This document shows, in pieces, positions 38,378 to 51,659 of a stretch of 64,000 bases of DNA. A program made the translations under genes and the position numbers. The notes under the pieces are model-generated. The model was not told the origin of the DNA, ran no database searches, and saw only the letters and a program-made list of their open reading frames with translations. Source of the DNA: Octopus bimaculoides (taxonomy: Eukaryota); contig NC_068998.1 in NCBI RefSeq assembly GCF_001194135.2, forward strand, positions 23,315,495 through 23,379,494, given 5' to 3'. The stretch's first letter is position 1, and each line of letters opens with the position of its first letter.

Positions 38378-40124
38378 GTGTGTATATATATATATGTTTA
38401 AAATGCCATGTTTTGCGACTGTTTCCGACAGCTAGCCTTTGGTTAACCATAGCTTATGAACGTTAGGATTGCGTAAAAATAGCTTCCTCATATCATTACT
38501 AGTCCCAATCTATGGCTCACTTCTTGCGCTTGTGACGACGTTTCATCAAATCAGAGGGAGCCAGCAGCGTATTATTAATATGATCAATAACATTAAGCAA
38601 AATGTAAGTTATATAATTAATCAATAATATTGTTTTAAAATTCAACGAAAGACGGTGTGTCAGTGATGAAAGATACGACAGAAAAGTTGTGTATATTATC
38701 TTGTTCAGTGAGACTAGATAGATTTGTGTGACAAAACATAAAGATAGATTAAGCAAAAACAAACATAGCGATGGCGTTTGACATAGTCCCATATATAGGG
38801 TACTCAATGAAATATCGATGGATGAAAGGTATCATCGATACAATAATCACGAAGATACACACATGTCGTTGGGAAAAGAACATGAATTAAATGATATGGT
38901 TACCCGCGAAAATAATAACAATCAAATAGCCAGCTTTTGAAATATATGCTTAGGAATACGTAGATTTATAAATGAAATTACTTCACCTGGATATTTGAAT
39001 GATAATGGTTGGAGGATATGAGCCAGGGGAACGGGATTACTTGGAAGAAAGAATAAAGAATTGGTGTAATCCTAGTGCAAATGGAGCAATTCATAAACGA
39101 AATAGATATGAGAGCCCCTTTCACATTAGGAATATTGTATGAAGCTATATATGCAATTAGGTTCAAGGAAATAACAGAACGAGAAACAAGATTAATATAC
39201 GGCAAGCGAATGAAGAACAAAAGAATATAGTGCAATGCATGAATCCTAAGATTTAAATCTATATGCAGAAAACTGCAGAGTTTGAAATTATCTTCCCTGT
39301 TATTTCCATAAAAGATATAAATACACACACAAAAGAAAGAAACTTGAAGATAATCATGTGATTGATTAGGGTCTAAGTCACACCGGGTACTTCAAGAAAA
39401 GAAAACGTTTATCGATTAATGGTTAAGTCACACCAGCTAGTCTGAAAGAAAATAAATCATATGAGTGAGTAGCGATTAAGTCACGCATAGACTTTGGATA
39501 AAAACTTAAATATATAATGATAGAGATTGGAAAGTTTAGAAATTAGAGATTAATTTTTTTTTTAAATTAAACGAATTTTATTTTATTATTTGAATTTCAC
39601 AGGAAATGCAAAAGTAATATAAAATAAAAGAAAGATGTAATAAATCGGAGAAACATAAGAAAAAATATTAAACTACACGATAACATACTCGAAATTAATG
39701 GTTAAAATTTCTAAAATACATGAATTAAAATTAAAACTAAAAGATAATAATTAAAAAGCCAAACTTTTTTGAAGAATTTAATCTCTACTGTCAATGGAGA
39801 TTCCACTTCCGAGTAGTTTAAAGCGAAAAAAAAAATTATGAATGTTGTTTATGAAAATTAGATTTAAACTCCCAAAACATCAGTTTGTGAAGGATTCATT
39901 TTGATTTTTAAAGTAATATGCGAGCGTTGTCAATTTTACAGTGGTGTATGGTATCTGATAATACAGGGATTTTAAGTCGTGGATCGTAAGTATTAAATGC
40001 GTACAGAAAACACCGATTGAAAATTATATGAAGATGAAACAAATAAAAAAATCAGAACCTTGTAATATAATTGTTTCGAATTTTGATACAAGACTAAGAA
40101 CTTTTACGGGAAGTATGTTAGCCG

Positions 40125-40255
40125 ATGGCGTCAACCACAGTGTGCTCAAATGGGAATTATTTTATCGGCCACGTACGGATGGATAGCTAAGTCGACCGCA
40201 ATGGTTTTTGAGCTGAAAATGTAACGAACCGAAAGAAATTCATTTAAGCATTTTG
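40125..40255 (-). mobile_element. Decayed SINE family A
   Basis: TTTTATCGGCCACG..GGATGGATAGCTAAGTCGACC and TTAAGCATTTT. Confidence 0.55.
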
Positions 40256-40539
40256 ATTCAGTATATTCTAGATTACTCTAGTGAGCAACAGGGCATTTCT
40301 TCCGTTATATCATATTCTTTTCTCGTATGCTCAGCATCACTAAATAATTTCCTTTTGATAGGTTTTAACTCCATTTCAGATAACCACATAGTCTATTTTA
40401 TTGCTCTTCCGTGGTCACGTGTTATCTGTTCTCTAATTTCAAACGGTTCCATTGCTTTCTATTTCATGTGAAATCGACTCTGATGGTACGTCATTTGCAT
40501 CTACAAGGATACTCCGAGATTAACACTGTATAAACCTCA

Positions 40540-40660
40540 TATATAATTGCTACGACCAGGCCTACCCTGGTGCACAATGAGAAACCGGTTAAGTGCAGCA
40601 CATTCTTCATTGGCTCCAGTCTTCTTTACACCTTTATCCTTACCAGTCTAGGTTAACATT
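40540..40660 (-). mobile_element. Possible RTE LINE 3' tail fragment
   Basis: Minus DKGVKKTGANEECAALNRFLIVHQG resembles the RTE C-terminus. Short. Confidence 0.35.
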
Positions 40661-40676
40661 TTCATTTACAAATGGG

Positions 40677-40739
<63 letters not shown>

Positions 40740-40752
40740 GTTATTATTATTA
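40677..40752. repeat. (ATT)n microsatellite (tail of adjacent SINE)
   Basis: Directly visible. Confidence 0.95.
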
Positions 40753-40971
40753 TTTCTTTATTGCCCAGAAGGGTCTAAACATAGAAGGGATAAACAAGGA
40801 CAGACAAAGGGGTTAAGTCGATTATATCGAACCCGTTGCGTAACTGGTACTTATTTAATCGACCCCGAAAGAATGAAAGGCTAAGTTGACCTCGGCGGAA
40901 TTTGAATTCAGAACGTAGCGGCAGACGAAATACCGCTAAGCATTTCGCCCGGCGTGCTAACATTTCTCCCA
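40753..40971 (-). mobile_element. SINE family A, least-diverged copy
   Basis: Minus strand GTTAGCACGCCGGGCGAAATGCTTAGCGGTATTTCG...CTGAATTCAAATTCCGCCGAGGTCAACTTAGCCTTTCATTCTTTCGGGGTCGATTAAATAAGTACCAG. The core resembles the Meta domain of MetaSINEs (from memory). Confidence 0.9.
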
Positions 40972-40974
40972 CCG

Positions 40975-41532
40975 ATTGTTCTTTACTTGGATGTAGGCAG
41001 TAACGACTCACCAAAGGTTTCAAGCAATGCCTTCTCCTGTGACTCAAAGATACAATACTCTCCTAAGAACAAGACCTGTACACAATAATGCTGTCTTCTG
41101 AATCACTTCGATCCTGACAGCAGCTCCAATGTTTTTAATATGTTTTTCAAAGCTTTTGGAAACTGCTACTAATGCTCCAGTTACCTCCTGTATCACCATT
41201 ACTTTCCTCATGTCACGTAACTTTCCTATCTCGTTCCGCAGTGACTAGTATGTCTCACTCTTTGCTGTTCCCTTACATTTCACCCTCTAATCGCCTGGTA
41301 TTGCTGGAAAATCCATTATCTTTGCTTCTTTTTCATCCATATAGATGATCACGATATCTGGCCGTCGCGCCTCCATGACTTGGTCACACTGTATGTTAAA
41401 ATCCCAGAGTATTTTTTAATGTTCGCTTTCCATTACTCCTTCTGGCTTGTGTTCATACCATTGTTTATCTCTCTGGAGCTTTGCTTCACCGCGCAACAGC
41501 TAGTGGACATATCTGGCCACATTGACGCGTCG
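40975..41532 (-). mobile_element. RLE-type (R4/Dong-like) LINE 3' end: REL endonuclease + 3' UTR
   Basis: NVARYVH, QWYEHKPEGVME, WDFNIQCDQVMEARRPDIVII (RPD), DFPAIPGD and EVIQKTALL...VLRRVL. Confidence 0.85.
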
Positions 41533-41592
41533 TTATTATTATCATTATTTGGAATTCACATTTATTATTAGTAGTATTATTTCATCATCATT

Positions 41593-41644
<52 letters not shown>

Positions 41645-41645
41645 A

Positions 41646-41722
<77 letters not shown>

Positions 41723-41760
41723 AGACGACGCCGACGACGATGACGATGACGACGACGACG
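41533..41760. repeat. (TTA)/(TCA)/(CTA)/(CGA) compound microsatellite
   Basis: Directly visible. Confidence 0.95.
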
Positions 41761-41944
41761 NNNNNNNNNNNNNNNNNNNNNNNNNNNNNNNNNNNNNNNN
41801 NNNNNNNNNNNNNNNNNNNNNNNNNNNNNNNNNNNNNNNNNNNNNNNNNNNNNNNNNNNNNNNNNNNNNNNNNNNNNNNNNNNNNNNNNNNNNNNNNNNN
41901 NNNNNNNNNNNNNNNNNNNNNNNNNNNNNNNNNNNNNNNNNNNN
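41761..41944. other. Assembly gap (N run)
   Basis: Run of N. Confidence 0.99.
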
Positions 41945-42139
41945 ATTATTATTATTATTATTATTATTATGTTGTTTTTTTTCTTCTTTCTTCAAATTTT
42001 CTTCCATTTCTCGCCGAGTGTTTTCCGTACACCTAGGGCAGAGAAACTCGTTGTATGCATTCCCAGTTTACACACACAAATTCACAGGTAAAACATGTAT
42101 TTAAGAAAAAAAAAAAAAAAGTTCATGAATGGATGTTTT

Positions 42140-42455
42140 CACAGCGATAATGCTATTCTCAGTACATGAGTCGTTCCAGTTAGCACGTTTTTTTGCACTT
42201 CCTGTAGGGATGGTAAGCCTGGTATCAGTTTCAAATAGGTTTCAGTACCTTTTTTTTATCATTCCTAGCGATCGTACAATCACTGCTATGGTAGTTGCCT
42301 TGAGGTGCCACATTTTTTCAATTTCTATTAGCAAGTCTTTATATTTACTGATCTTGTCAAATTCTTTCACCGCTATATTATGATCAGAGGGAATACTCAT
42401 GTCAATTAATAAACACGTCTTCTTTGTCTGATCTTTTGCACCAGAGTTTTTAGTC
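42140..42455 (-). mobile_element. RLE-type LINE REL fragment (second family)
   Basis: KKTCLLIDMSIPSDHNIAVKEFDKISKYKDLLIEIEKMWHLKATTIAVIVRSLGMIKK, then EVQKNVLTGTTHVLR. Confidence 0.85.
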
Positions 42456-42459
42456 ACCT

Positions 42460-42730
42460 GTCAAATGAGAAGGACCGTGCATTGTGCCCAATAAGGTGGC
42501 TTTTTGCAAAACATTAATCGTCCATACTATTTCCACTTGCTTTAGGAAGCTTTGAAGTTTCAATGGGATTGATCCCATTACTCCGATCACCACTGGTCTC
42601 ACTTTTACATTACCCTCTCACATTAAATACAGTCTTGTCATTTCAACTTTAATTCGGAGTACTTAGTGATTTGTTCAACCTCTTTACTCAAAAAAATTAT
42701 GTCCTTTGGTATGGATACATCATTCATCTG
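42460..42730 (-). mobile_element. RLE-type LINE REL fragment (third)
   Basis: RIKVEMTRL, NVKVRPVVIGVMGSIPLKLQSFLKQ and LQKATLLGT. Confidence 0.7.
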
Positions 42731-45137
42731 ACAGTATGTGCCGCTCATATTCAATATGACGGTGTTCTTTTGTACAGATATAGATGTATATGTGTTTGCA
42801 ATCTATATATGCATGAATTTGTTGTATGTGTGTGTATTTGTGTGTATGTGTTTGTGTGTGCATGTGTGTGTGTTGTGTCGACGCCCCCAGACGATGAATT
42901 AGGCTACACAATACGTAAATATAGAGGGAGGAGACTAGACGTTGGATTGGTTGAGTAGAGGTCATCCGAACGTGCGATATTACAGTGCCGACGAGGATGA
43001 GATGCTCACACAATCACTGTGTAGTATTGCGATATAACAATATTTGTGTATGCACGCGCTTATGTGAACATTAGTGTATAACTGTCTACGAAATCATATA
43101 TTTGGAGCTCAAATTCATCTTCCCATAAAAGTTAAACTTAATATTTTTTTCCGTTTTGTTAAACTTTGGCCAAATAAAAATATGCACCAGTAATTTATTA
43201 TGAAATTTCGTTTTGTTCGTTTTACTTCATGAACTTTGAAAATTGTTCTTATTTATCTATGTTTTGAAACGAGAGGTAATTATTTATTATATTGTTGTAC
43301 TTTATAAATTTTAAGTACGTGATCATTATGAGTTATTTTGTGAATTACCTTTAGTTTATTTGCCATGAAATTGAGAGAAACATCAAATAAGCACATATAT
43401 TTTCATGCCTTGCCTGTATGCACATTATAAGAAGTGAAATATCACTTTCCCTAAAACCCACTTTTGCAAATATGTCCTATAGTAATTTACGTATTATTCA
43501 AAGCGAATCGGTGTTAACGACACACAATTATTACTCATCATGTAAGTAATCTATCTTTGAAAATGCTGTTTGTTTTAACTATATGTGCACTCGTTAATAA
43601 CTTGCATATAAAGGTGTGAAGGCTGTGACGTATCTCATCAACTTTCATTTCTTACTTGTTATTTCGTTTTCAACATTAATATTTTATCTCACAGCATAGA
43701 CCAAGCAAGTTTGAAACGTACTCATACAAATTTGAAGCTGTATGTTAGTGTACTTGAAACAGTTGCAGATTTTGCCATAATTGAGAGAGTGAAGGAGAAA
43801 ATTGAATATGTACAAAATTTTCCTTTGTATCTATGTTCTGAACAAACCCCGTAGCTGAACAGTTTAAGCTCATTAATGCCAACAAACCACGTACCAGTTT
43901 ATTGTATGGGTTATTCAATGAGTTATATACTTCTTTTGAACACAAGCAAAGAACACAATACGCCAGTGTTCAATCAATTGGCAATATATCCAGCCATCTA
44001 CAAACAAACTTGCTGTCTCGAACTTTATAACAAATCGATATAGACATATATACACTTTGAACAATCCGAGCTCAAAATACTAAACTAATCTTGTTTGTTT
44101 ATTTACATAATCTTGAAATTTAATTTAAAAACAAAATATTTTATTTTTTATTAGTTTTTATTAGATTCATTCAAATATTCCTCACACCAAAACATGTAAC
44201 TGATTTGAAGGCTTGCTTCCAAAATCATCACACATTTACAATGCATTTATTTATTTTTTCATTTATTTACTCATTCATTCATTTATTCAATATAAATAAG
44301 CAAAACCTAATAACTGTTGCTGCTGATGATGATAAGGACTAATGATGATGATGAATACCACGACGATGACAGTGTTGATGATGATGATGTTGATATTTTT
44401 TTAATAATAAATTTTCAGAACTAGAATTAATATCAATATTGATAAACATTGTTGTAAAGAAAATCTTCTATGTTTGTTACTAAATTCAATTTAGTTCTTA
44501 GATACTGGAGACTTATCCGAATTAAAAACAAATAAATAAATTTAGCGTGAAAAAAAAATAGATGAAGGTGTAGACAAACTGTAGTCTAGTGCAAATAAAA
44601 GCAAATTTCAATTCATTGTGAAATATGTTAAACAGACACTGACTCATTCAATTGAAGCCAACATTTGTTTTTCACGAGATCTTCCACACAAGAACAAATC
44701 TACCTTTAACATTTACTTATATAATTTATGTTTTTCTAGTCACTGATTATTATTGCTTTTTTTTCCTTAACGTTTTCTATTGTTACTTTTAAAAAATCTG
44801 ATAAAGAAATATTTTGCAATAATAAATAATAAATTTCTCATTTCGTTTTCTTATACAGCAAACCTATTTTTACTTATTTTCTGATTTGCATAATTTGTCT
44901 TCATAATTATTTAACCATGACATAACGGAAATAACACTAAAAAAATGAAAACTTCTCATTCAGACAAACTGTAGTCACCTAGAATAAGTGTCGAGTAAAA
45001 TTTTAGATTGAGCTAACAAAAGAGCAAATTTTTCATCCGAGTATGTTCAAACGAATTATTGAATATTTTACCTACATAAAGTGAGCAAATAATTGCGTAT
45101 TTCAATAAACTAATATATATATATATATATATATATA

Positions 45138-45192
45138 TTCTCTTTTACTTGTTTCAGTCATTTAACTGTGGCCATGCTGGAGCACCGCCTTT
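45138..45192 (-). mobile_element. SINE family B 3' tail
   Basis: TTTTACTTGTTTCAGTCATTTAACTGTGGCCATGCTGGAGCACCGCCTTT, followed by a gap. Confidence 0.85.
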
Positions 45193-45513
45193 NNNNNNNN
45201 NNNNNNNNNNNNNNNNNNNNNNNNNNNNNNNNNNNNNNNNNNNNNNNNNNNNNNNNNNNNNNNNNNNNNNNNNNNNNNNNNNNNNNNNNNNNNNNNNNNN
45301 NNNNNNNNNNNNNNNNNNNNNNNNNNNNNNNNNNNNNNNNNNNNNNNNNNNNNNNNNNNNNNNNNNNNNNNNNNNNNNNNNNNNNNNNNNNNNNNNNNNN
45401 NNNNNNNNNNNNNNNNNNNNNNNNNNNNNNNNNNNNNNNNNNNNNNNNNNNNNNNNNNNNNNNNNNNNNNNNNNNNNNNNNNNNNNNNNNNNNNNNNNNN
45501 NNNNNNNNNNNNN
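45193..45513. other. Assembly gap (N run)
   Basis: Run of N. Confidence 0.99.
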
Positions 45514-45562
<49 letters not shown>

Positions 45563-45830
45563 ATATGTGTATATGTATATAAGTGTATATATATAAGTAT
45601 ATATATATATGCATATATATATATGTGTGTCTGTGTGTATATATACATACATGTATATATACACATATTATATATATATACTCAGTCATATATATACACA
45701 TATATCTGTCTGTATAGAAATACACAAACACACACACAGAGTCATATATGTGTGTATGTATGTATATATATATATATATATATGTATATACACATAGACA
45801 AACATGCACACATACACACATACATATGCA
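45514..45830. repeat. (TA)/(TG)/(CA) low-complexity tract
   Basis: Directly visible. Confidence 0.9.
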
Positions 45831-46917
45831 TATACTCTTGCTTTCAATTTGAGTTAGGATGTACTATAGCTTCCCTGATCCAATTATACTTCCTCGGAAC
45901 ATTCTATAAACTATATGTGCCTTATCAACGAAGACTTTTCTATTAAGTTTTGGCTACTGTTGTGCGATACAATGCATTCCCTTGGATCAGTGCTGGGCAG
46001 AGATGGCCAGTCAAGAAGAACGGGTTGCAGTTATATGTCCAATGCAATTCCTTAAACTTACAACATTTATCTCTGCATAGAGACTGTTAAATTATATTAG
46101 TAATCTGATAGCTAGTGGCTTGACTGTTTCTCGCTTACTTGTTTGGTTTTTATACTTCGTGTTCTGTATAATTATTAATGCATGATTATGATATTTTTGT
46201 AGTGGATTTCGTGCTGTTATTTGAGATAAATTGATATATTTTATAGTGAAATGCATTTGGGCCGTACAATATAATTTTTCGTGGTGCATGTGTGTTGGTT
46301 CTTGGTACTGGATCTTTTATGAAATTATAAATTCATTACTTGTTGTTTCACGATTTAAAGTCTTAAAACATTTGCATTCTGCTATGAATCACTCTTTTGT
46401 ACATTCCAAAATCTATAAAGTGTATGCTTCGTTTATAGAAATAAAACTTAAGATCTAAAGAAACAAAGAACATATTCTGACAAGAAATAAATCGCACTCC
46501 TTGAAGACATTAATTGCTAATACAATTTGCAAATTAAGAAGCAAAGATGAAAGAAAAGTCGTACCCCCCCACCCCATGAACTTAACTGTATTATTATACA
46601 TAAAACCACAGCACTTCAACGTGGATGAATAGGGATCAATTTTATTGTTTAATTTTATAAATGCGATATATGTGCAAAACATTCACACAAAAGAAAACCA
46701 AAGCACTAAGATTACGGCAACGAAAAACAAATTAACATTGTTAACTTCAGATTAGAGAAGGGACGCAATGTAACATCAAACTTATATTACCAGGTAAGAA
46801 AGGTGAAAACCGTAAATTATATATAAGAGAAAATATTTTATAAATGAATTTTTAATATTAGTGCACACTCATATTTAAAAAGCATACAGAAGTATATACA
46901 CATTAATATATATATAT

Positions 46918-47155
46918 AGGCAAAGTCGTGGCTGTGTGGTAAAAAACTTGCTTCACAAACACATGATTTTGTGTTCAATTGTATTGCGTGGCATCTTGGG
47001 CATGTGTTTTCTACAATAGCCTCGACCACAGACTTGTCAGTTGACAAGGTAAACGGATAATAAAAGATGTGTCACACACACATACTTTGGTCGAGTTCTT
47101 CGACTAAAACCCTTCAAGGTGGTACTACAATGAAATGACTAAAACAAAAGATAGA
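46918..47155 (+). mobile_element. SINE family B, internally deleted
   Basis: GTGGCTGTGTGGTAAAAAACTTGCTTC, GCATCTTGGGCATGTGTTTTCTACAATAGCCTCG and tail CGACTAAAACCCTTCAAGG...TGACTAAAACAA. Confidence 0.8.
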
Positions 47156-49054
47156 AAATACGTACATTGAGTACTACACGAGGTCATTTGACTTGCAATG
47201 CCCAAGCTATATCTACGCGCGCGCGTGTATGTATGTATGCGTGTATGTATGTATGCATGTTTGTATACCGATACTTACATATAACTGAGATGACAAATGA
47301 AAGAAAGTGGCCTTCAGCACATGTTTAATAATAGTTTGAGTTAGCTCCTTGCAACTTAGAGGTTCGTACGCTCGTCAATCCAACCGAACTAGCCAGACTT
47401 ATATAACTGAAGGTAGGGAAGTTATAGATTGTTGCTGATTATTGGGCAGATGGCATAGTATTATCAATTTCGTCCTCTAATCAATTCCCGTTCTCAAATT
47501 CTAGCAGAATGTGTTAGGACAAAGAATTTTGGAGAAACTCTGTCACGAGAGAAAGAAAGAGAGGGAGAGGGAGAGAGAGGATTCATCTGCTCGCTTCAAT
47601 ATCTCTCTGGTGTGTGTTTGTGTGTGTGTGTGTACTTACGTGTGCTTATCCCTGGTATATGGGCGTGTGTAACTGGTACATGCGTGTGTGTACCTGATGT
47701 GAATACTATGGTTGGATTTCAGTCAGGGAGTTGTTCAGAAATCCACTGAATTTTCCCCCTACTTTGGTTCAATGCACGAAGAAATACAGTCTTCTCACTT
47801 ATACGAGCCACGCTAACGTCGAAACTCACAGAAAACTATGCATGGAGAACAGTGAAGTTTCTTAAATTCTCTAAGTCAGATGTATATACGTAGTTGCGTT
47901 ACATTTTTTAAAGTTGTACAATGTATTTTAGCATTCTCAGAAAGATAAATCCAAGATTAGCAGCGCTCGGATATTTGATTCTGTTAGAAGCGGAATGAAA
48001 CAATTCCTTGTAATACTTATAATATCTAATTCCACCACTCCAATGCCGATTAAAATAATGATTACTAAGTTTCTCATGAATCACGAAATATTGTAATGGT
48101 TATGTACAATCGGACTAATCCTCAACAGCACACGGCATTTCAATGATGAAATGCAAGGCTGAAAGGCAATATTTGAAGTCCATTAGAAAGAGTCAGTAAT
48201 ACTACAGCTCAGTATCAAGAAGCAAAAAAAATGGTAATTTAGTTTAATCATTGATAAAAATATTTGCAAGATTTCTTAAATTCCAAAAGTGTGAATGTTC
48301 CACATTTATTAGCATGTAACGCGTTTGTGTTTTATCCAATATTCGACTGCAGCTATCTAGCTTCACACCTGAAAGTTGGGAGATAAAATCAACCTCAATG
48401 TTTATTTCAAGGGGATTATAAAGCGTAAAAATATTATGCAAATATAAAATTCTCTGACTTTGCTCTCGGCTTGTACTTTAAGATGTGTTTATGATATAAA
48501 TCTGTGTGCACTAATAATACGTGCACGCGAGCACACGCACGCACGCACAAGCATACACACACATCAGAGTGTGTATGCCTGTGCACAGGTAAGTATATTA
48601 CTCATTTACGTTTTTGCTCATTCCATCCATGTGGCTGCCGTTATGCACCACCGTGTTGTCAATGAAATTCTAAAATAGTCTGAGTTTTACACTTAGTTTT
48701 CCGTTTTACATTTGTACTCTGACACGATAATATAAATATACTTATGCCTTCTGCAACTATCAGATTTATGCAGTAGCACTATTTCGCGATTGATAACTTT
48801 AGTGAAATAAATGAATTTGTCCTTTAAATACTTTCCGATATGCTCTAGCTGGCTGAGTCGTACGCGCTGTATTATAGCCATTCAGTATGAGTCTTAGTCG
48901 TCAAGGATTGGTGACAGAACCATCACAATTGGCATTGATAGGGCTTATTCTCAGAAACTTTTTAATCAATCATTCATCGGTTGTAAGCATATGTTGGAAA
49001 ACATCTGATGCTATATAATCTATACTCCTACAAAAAAACGGATTCTTGTATTAC

Positions 49055-49200
49055 TCTTAAACGTTTCATTGAGGTCGACTTTGTCTTTCATCTTTTCCAG
49101 ATCGATGAAATACGTTCTAGCTGAGTACTGGGTTTGATTTAATCGGCAAATCCCCTTTCCAGAAATTGGTGGTCTTGAGCCAAATTTGGAAATCAATACT
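49055..49200 (+). mobile_element. SINE family A 3' part
   Basis: GAGGTCGACTTTGTCTTTCATCTTTTCCAGATCGATGAAAT...CCAAATTTGGAAATCAATA. Confidence 0.75.
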
Positions 49201-49274
49201 ATATTTAAATTTTCGTACATTCTGTTTTTACTGCAATTACGTTGAAATTGAAACAATATTGATATTCTGAATAA

Positions 49275-49277
49275 TAA

Positions 49278-49349
<72 letters not shown>

Positions 49350-49423
49350 AGGTGGTGGTGGTGGCGGTAATAGTAGTAGTAGTAGTGGAGGTGGTGGTGA
49401 TGGTGGCGGTAGTAGTAGTAGTA

Positions 49424-49454
<31 letters not shown>

Positions 49455-49476
49455 CAGCAGCAGCAGCAGCTGCAGC

Positions 49477-49522
<46 letters not shown>

Positions 49523-49548
49523 ATAGTATAAGTAGTAGTAGTAGTAGT
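49275..49548. repeat. (TAG)n-dominated compound microsatellite (3' tail of the adjacent LINE)
   Basis: Directly visible. Confidence 0.95.
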
Positions 49549-51556
49549 TAAGACGTCATGCAGTATCCAATATCGTGATGTGCTGATGAAGATATTGTGT
49601 TTACCGGGTGGGGAGGGGTACTGTCTGTCAAGTCACAAGGACCTCAGACAGTATTTTACGCAATGTGTGTGCAGTTCTAAGATTATTGAAATGCATCTGG
49701 ATTACAGGGTACTTCTAAAGTCTCCAGATGTTTTTTTTTTCAGTTTGGTGTTATTGAACCCAATGCTCCGATGACAACAGGGACAAATGATTCATGCGGC
49801 TGCCACATATTTGCGATCGTAATTCTCAGGTCTCCATATTTATCAATCTTTTCTCTTTCGTTCAATATATATTGATGTCCTGGTATTGCCACATTGATTA
49901 TTAGGCACTCTTGTTTGTTCCTCCTAAAGGTTACTATATCCGGCCTTCGGGTCTCTAACAACTTATCTTTCTGGAAGTCAAAGCCCTAGAAGATTTTTGC
50001 CTCCTCCTTTTCGTCCATTATTTTTTCCCGTGTAAGTCGGTACCAAGCCCCTGTCACCTCGTATCCATACTTCCAGCATAGTAGCCACTGCCAGGGAAGG
50101 TTTGGGGGTGACCTTGTCGTACCTGAGCTTGTACTCTTTCTGTGCAAGCCTTTCACAATCACTAACCATATGAATCACGCTTTCGACACTATTCCCACAC
50201 ATTCAGCAGAAGTTCGTTGCGCTTGCGTGGTATATATCCCTCTTCACTGAGTTGGTATCCAATGTCTGGTTCTATGCAGCCATGAGTAAGTTTTCAGTAT
50301 TCCTTTTATGTCACACTTACTGAGCCACCGCCATGATGCTTCCTGGTCTTTTAAGTTGTTAGTTTCACGGTGGAATTGATCATGTAATTCCATGTGAAGT
50401 AGGGTTTCTTCGCTCTCGTTGCCTGTTCGAGATCGGACTTCATGAGCACTCTTAAGTTCATTTTTGGTAAATCCTTCTGCATTACTAGCATTCTGTAGCA
50501 GGTCTTGCTTGCTGTTTACTAAATATTCTACCATGTTCTTTCACTTTTTATGCACTCCCGTACGCTAATCAATCCACGTCTACCTTAACCCATCTTCAAT
50601 TAAGACCTGTGAACATTCGCCTTAGGGTGGATGGCTTCATGCATTACGATTGTCATTCGGGTAGTGCCATCGAGTTGGTTAATATCCGTTTGTGTCCATT
50701 TCAGGATGGGTGCATTAAAGCGAACTACAGCAACAGCACCATGTTGATGACAGTCACAAGGTTCCTTGAGTCTGCTGCACTTTAAATATTTAGTGATAAC
50801 ATTGACTTTCATTTCTTTGTGCAAGATATTTTCCAGCTCCAGGATCACAAGGTACTTTTACACATCATCATCCGGGTCTTCCATTCTCTCTCTGTTTGGC
50901 AATCCTATGCCCCTACAATCTGCTCATTTTCCCCGTTTCAAACTGAGAACCATACATTTCGAGATATCGAATTTCATCCCTATATCTTTGCTGCACATTT
51001 GCACAGTCTCCACCAGCCTCTCCATTTCCGGCTTTGTTTATGCAAACAGTTTAAAATAATTCACGAAGGGAAGGTTGTTGAGACGGCGTCCATTTTTTCT
51101 CATGTCATAGAGCCTGTTGACCTTGCGTAGGACTATGGAGAGTGGGATCAAGGCTATAACAAATAACAAGGGTGAACAAGAGTTTCCCTGGAAGAAAGCT
51201 CCTTTCACTGTTACCTCGGCTACGTGCTGGTTGTTACAGAAAAGATTTGTTTTCTGACTAGGCATGCTGTTCCTAAATCTCAACTATTCCACACTTGTTG
51301 AGTGTTTCCAGAATCCACGAACGCGGCAACATATCGTAAGCCTTTTAAAAGTAATTCCAGGCCATGTAGGAGATTTTTTGGTACCGTTTTCTCTACAACC
51401 TTGTCTATCCTCGGTGCCTTCGGATCCTTTTCAGCATCTGTTTTGTTCTACTGGAAACAGATTTTTTTCCCGCAAGGAACGTATATATTTTCCATGCGAA
51501 GATTTCTCTTACGACCTTTTCCCCTGCAACGAAGCCTGCGAAGATGACTGATAACC
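49549..51556 (-). mobile_element. 5'-truncated RLE-type non-LTR retrotransposon (R4/Dong-like): RT + CCHC knuckle + REL endonuclease, pseudogenised
   Basis: GAFFQGNSCSPLLFVIALIPLS (GIFQGDSLSP), RLNNLPFVNYFKLFA (HLLFMDDLK decayed), AVAVVRFNAPILKWTQTDINQLD, LHDQFHRE, CRMCGNSVESVIHMVSDC (CCHC) and TRRPDIV...INVAIPG...EKIDKY...VPVVIGALGS (REL), then a short 3' UTR. Confidence 0.95.
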
Positions 51557-51659
51557 TTCTTCTTCTTCTTCTTCTTCTTCTTCTTCTTCTTCTTCTTCTT
51601 CTTCTTCTTCTTCTTCTTCTTCTTCTTCTTCTTCTTCTTCTTCTTCTTCTTCTTCTTCC
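51557..51659. repeat. (TTC)n microsatellite
   Basis: Directly visible. Confidence 0.98.
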
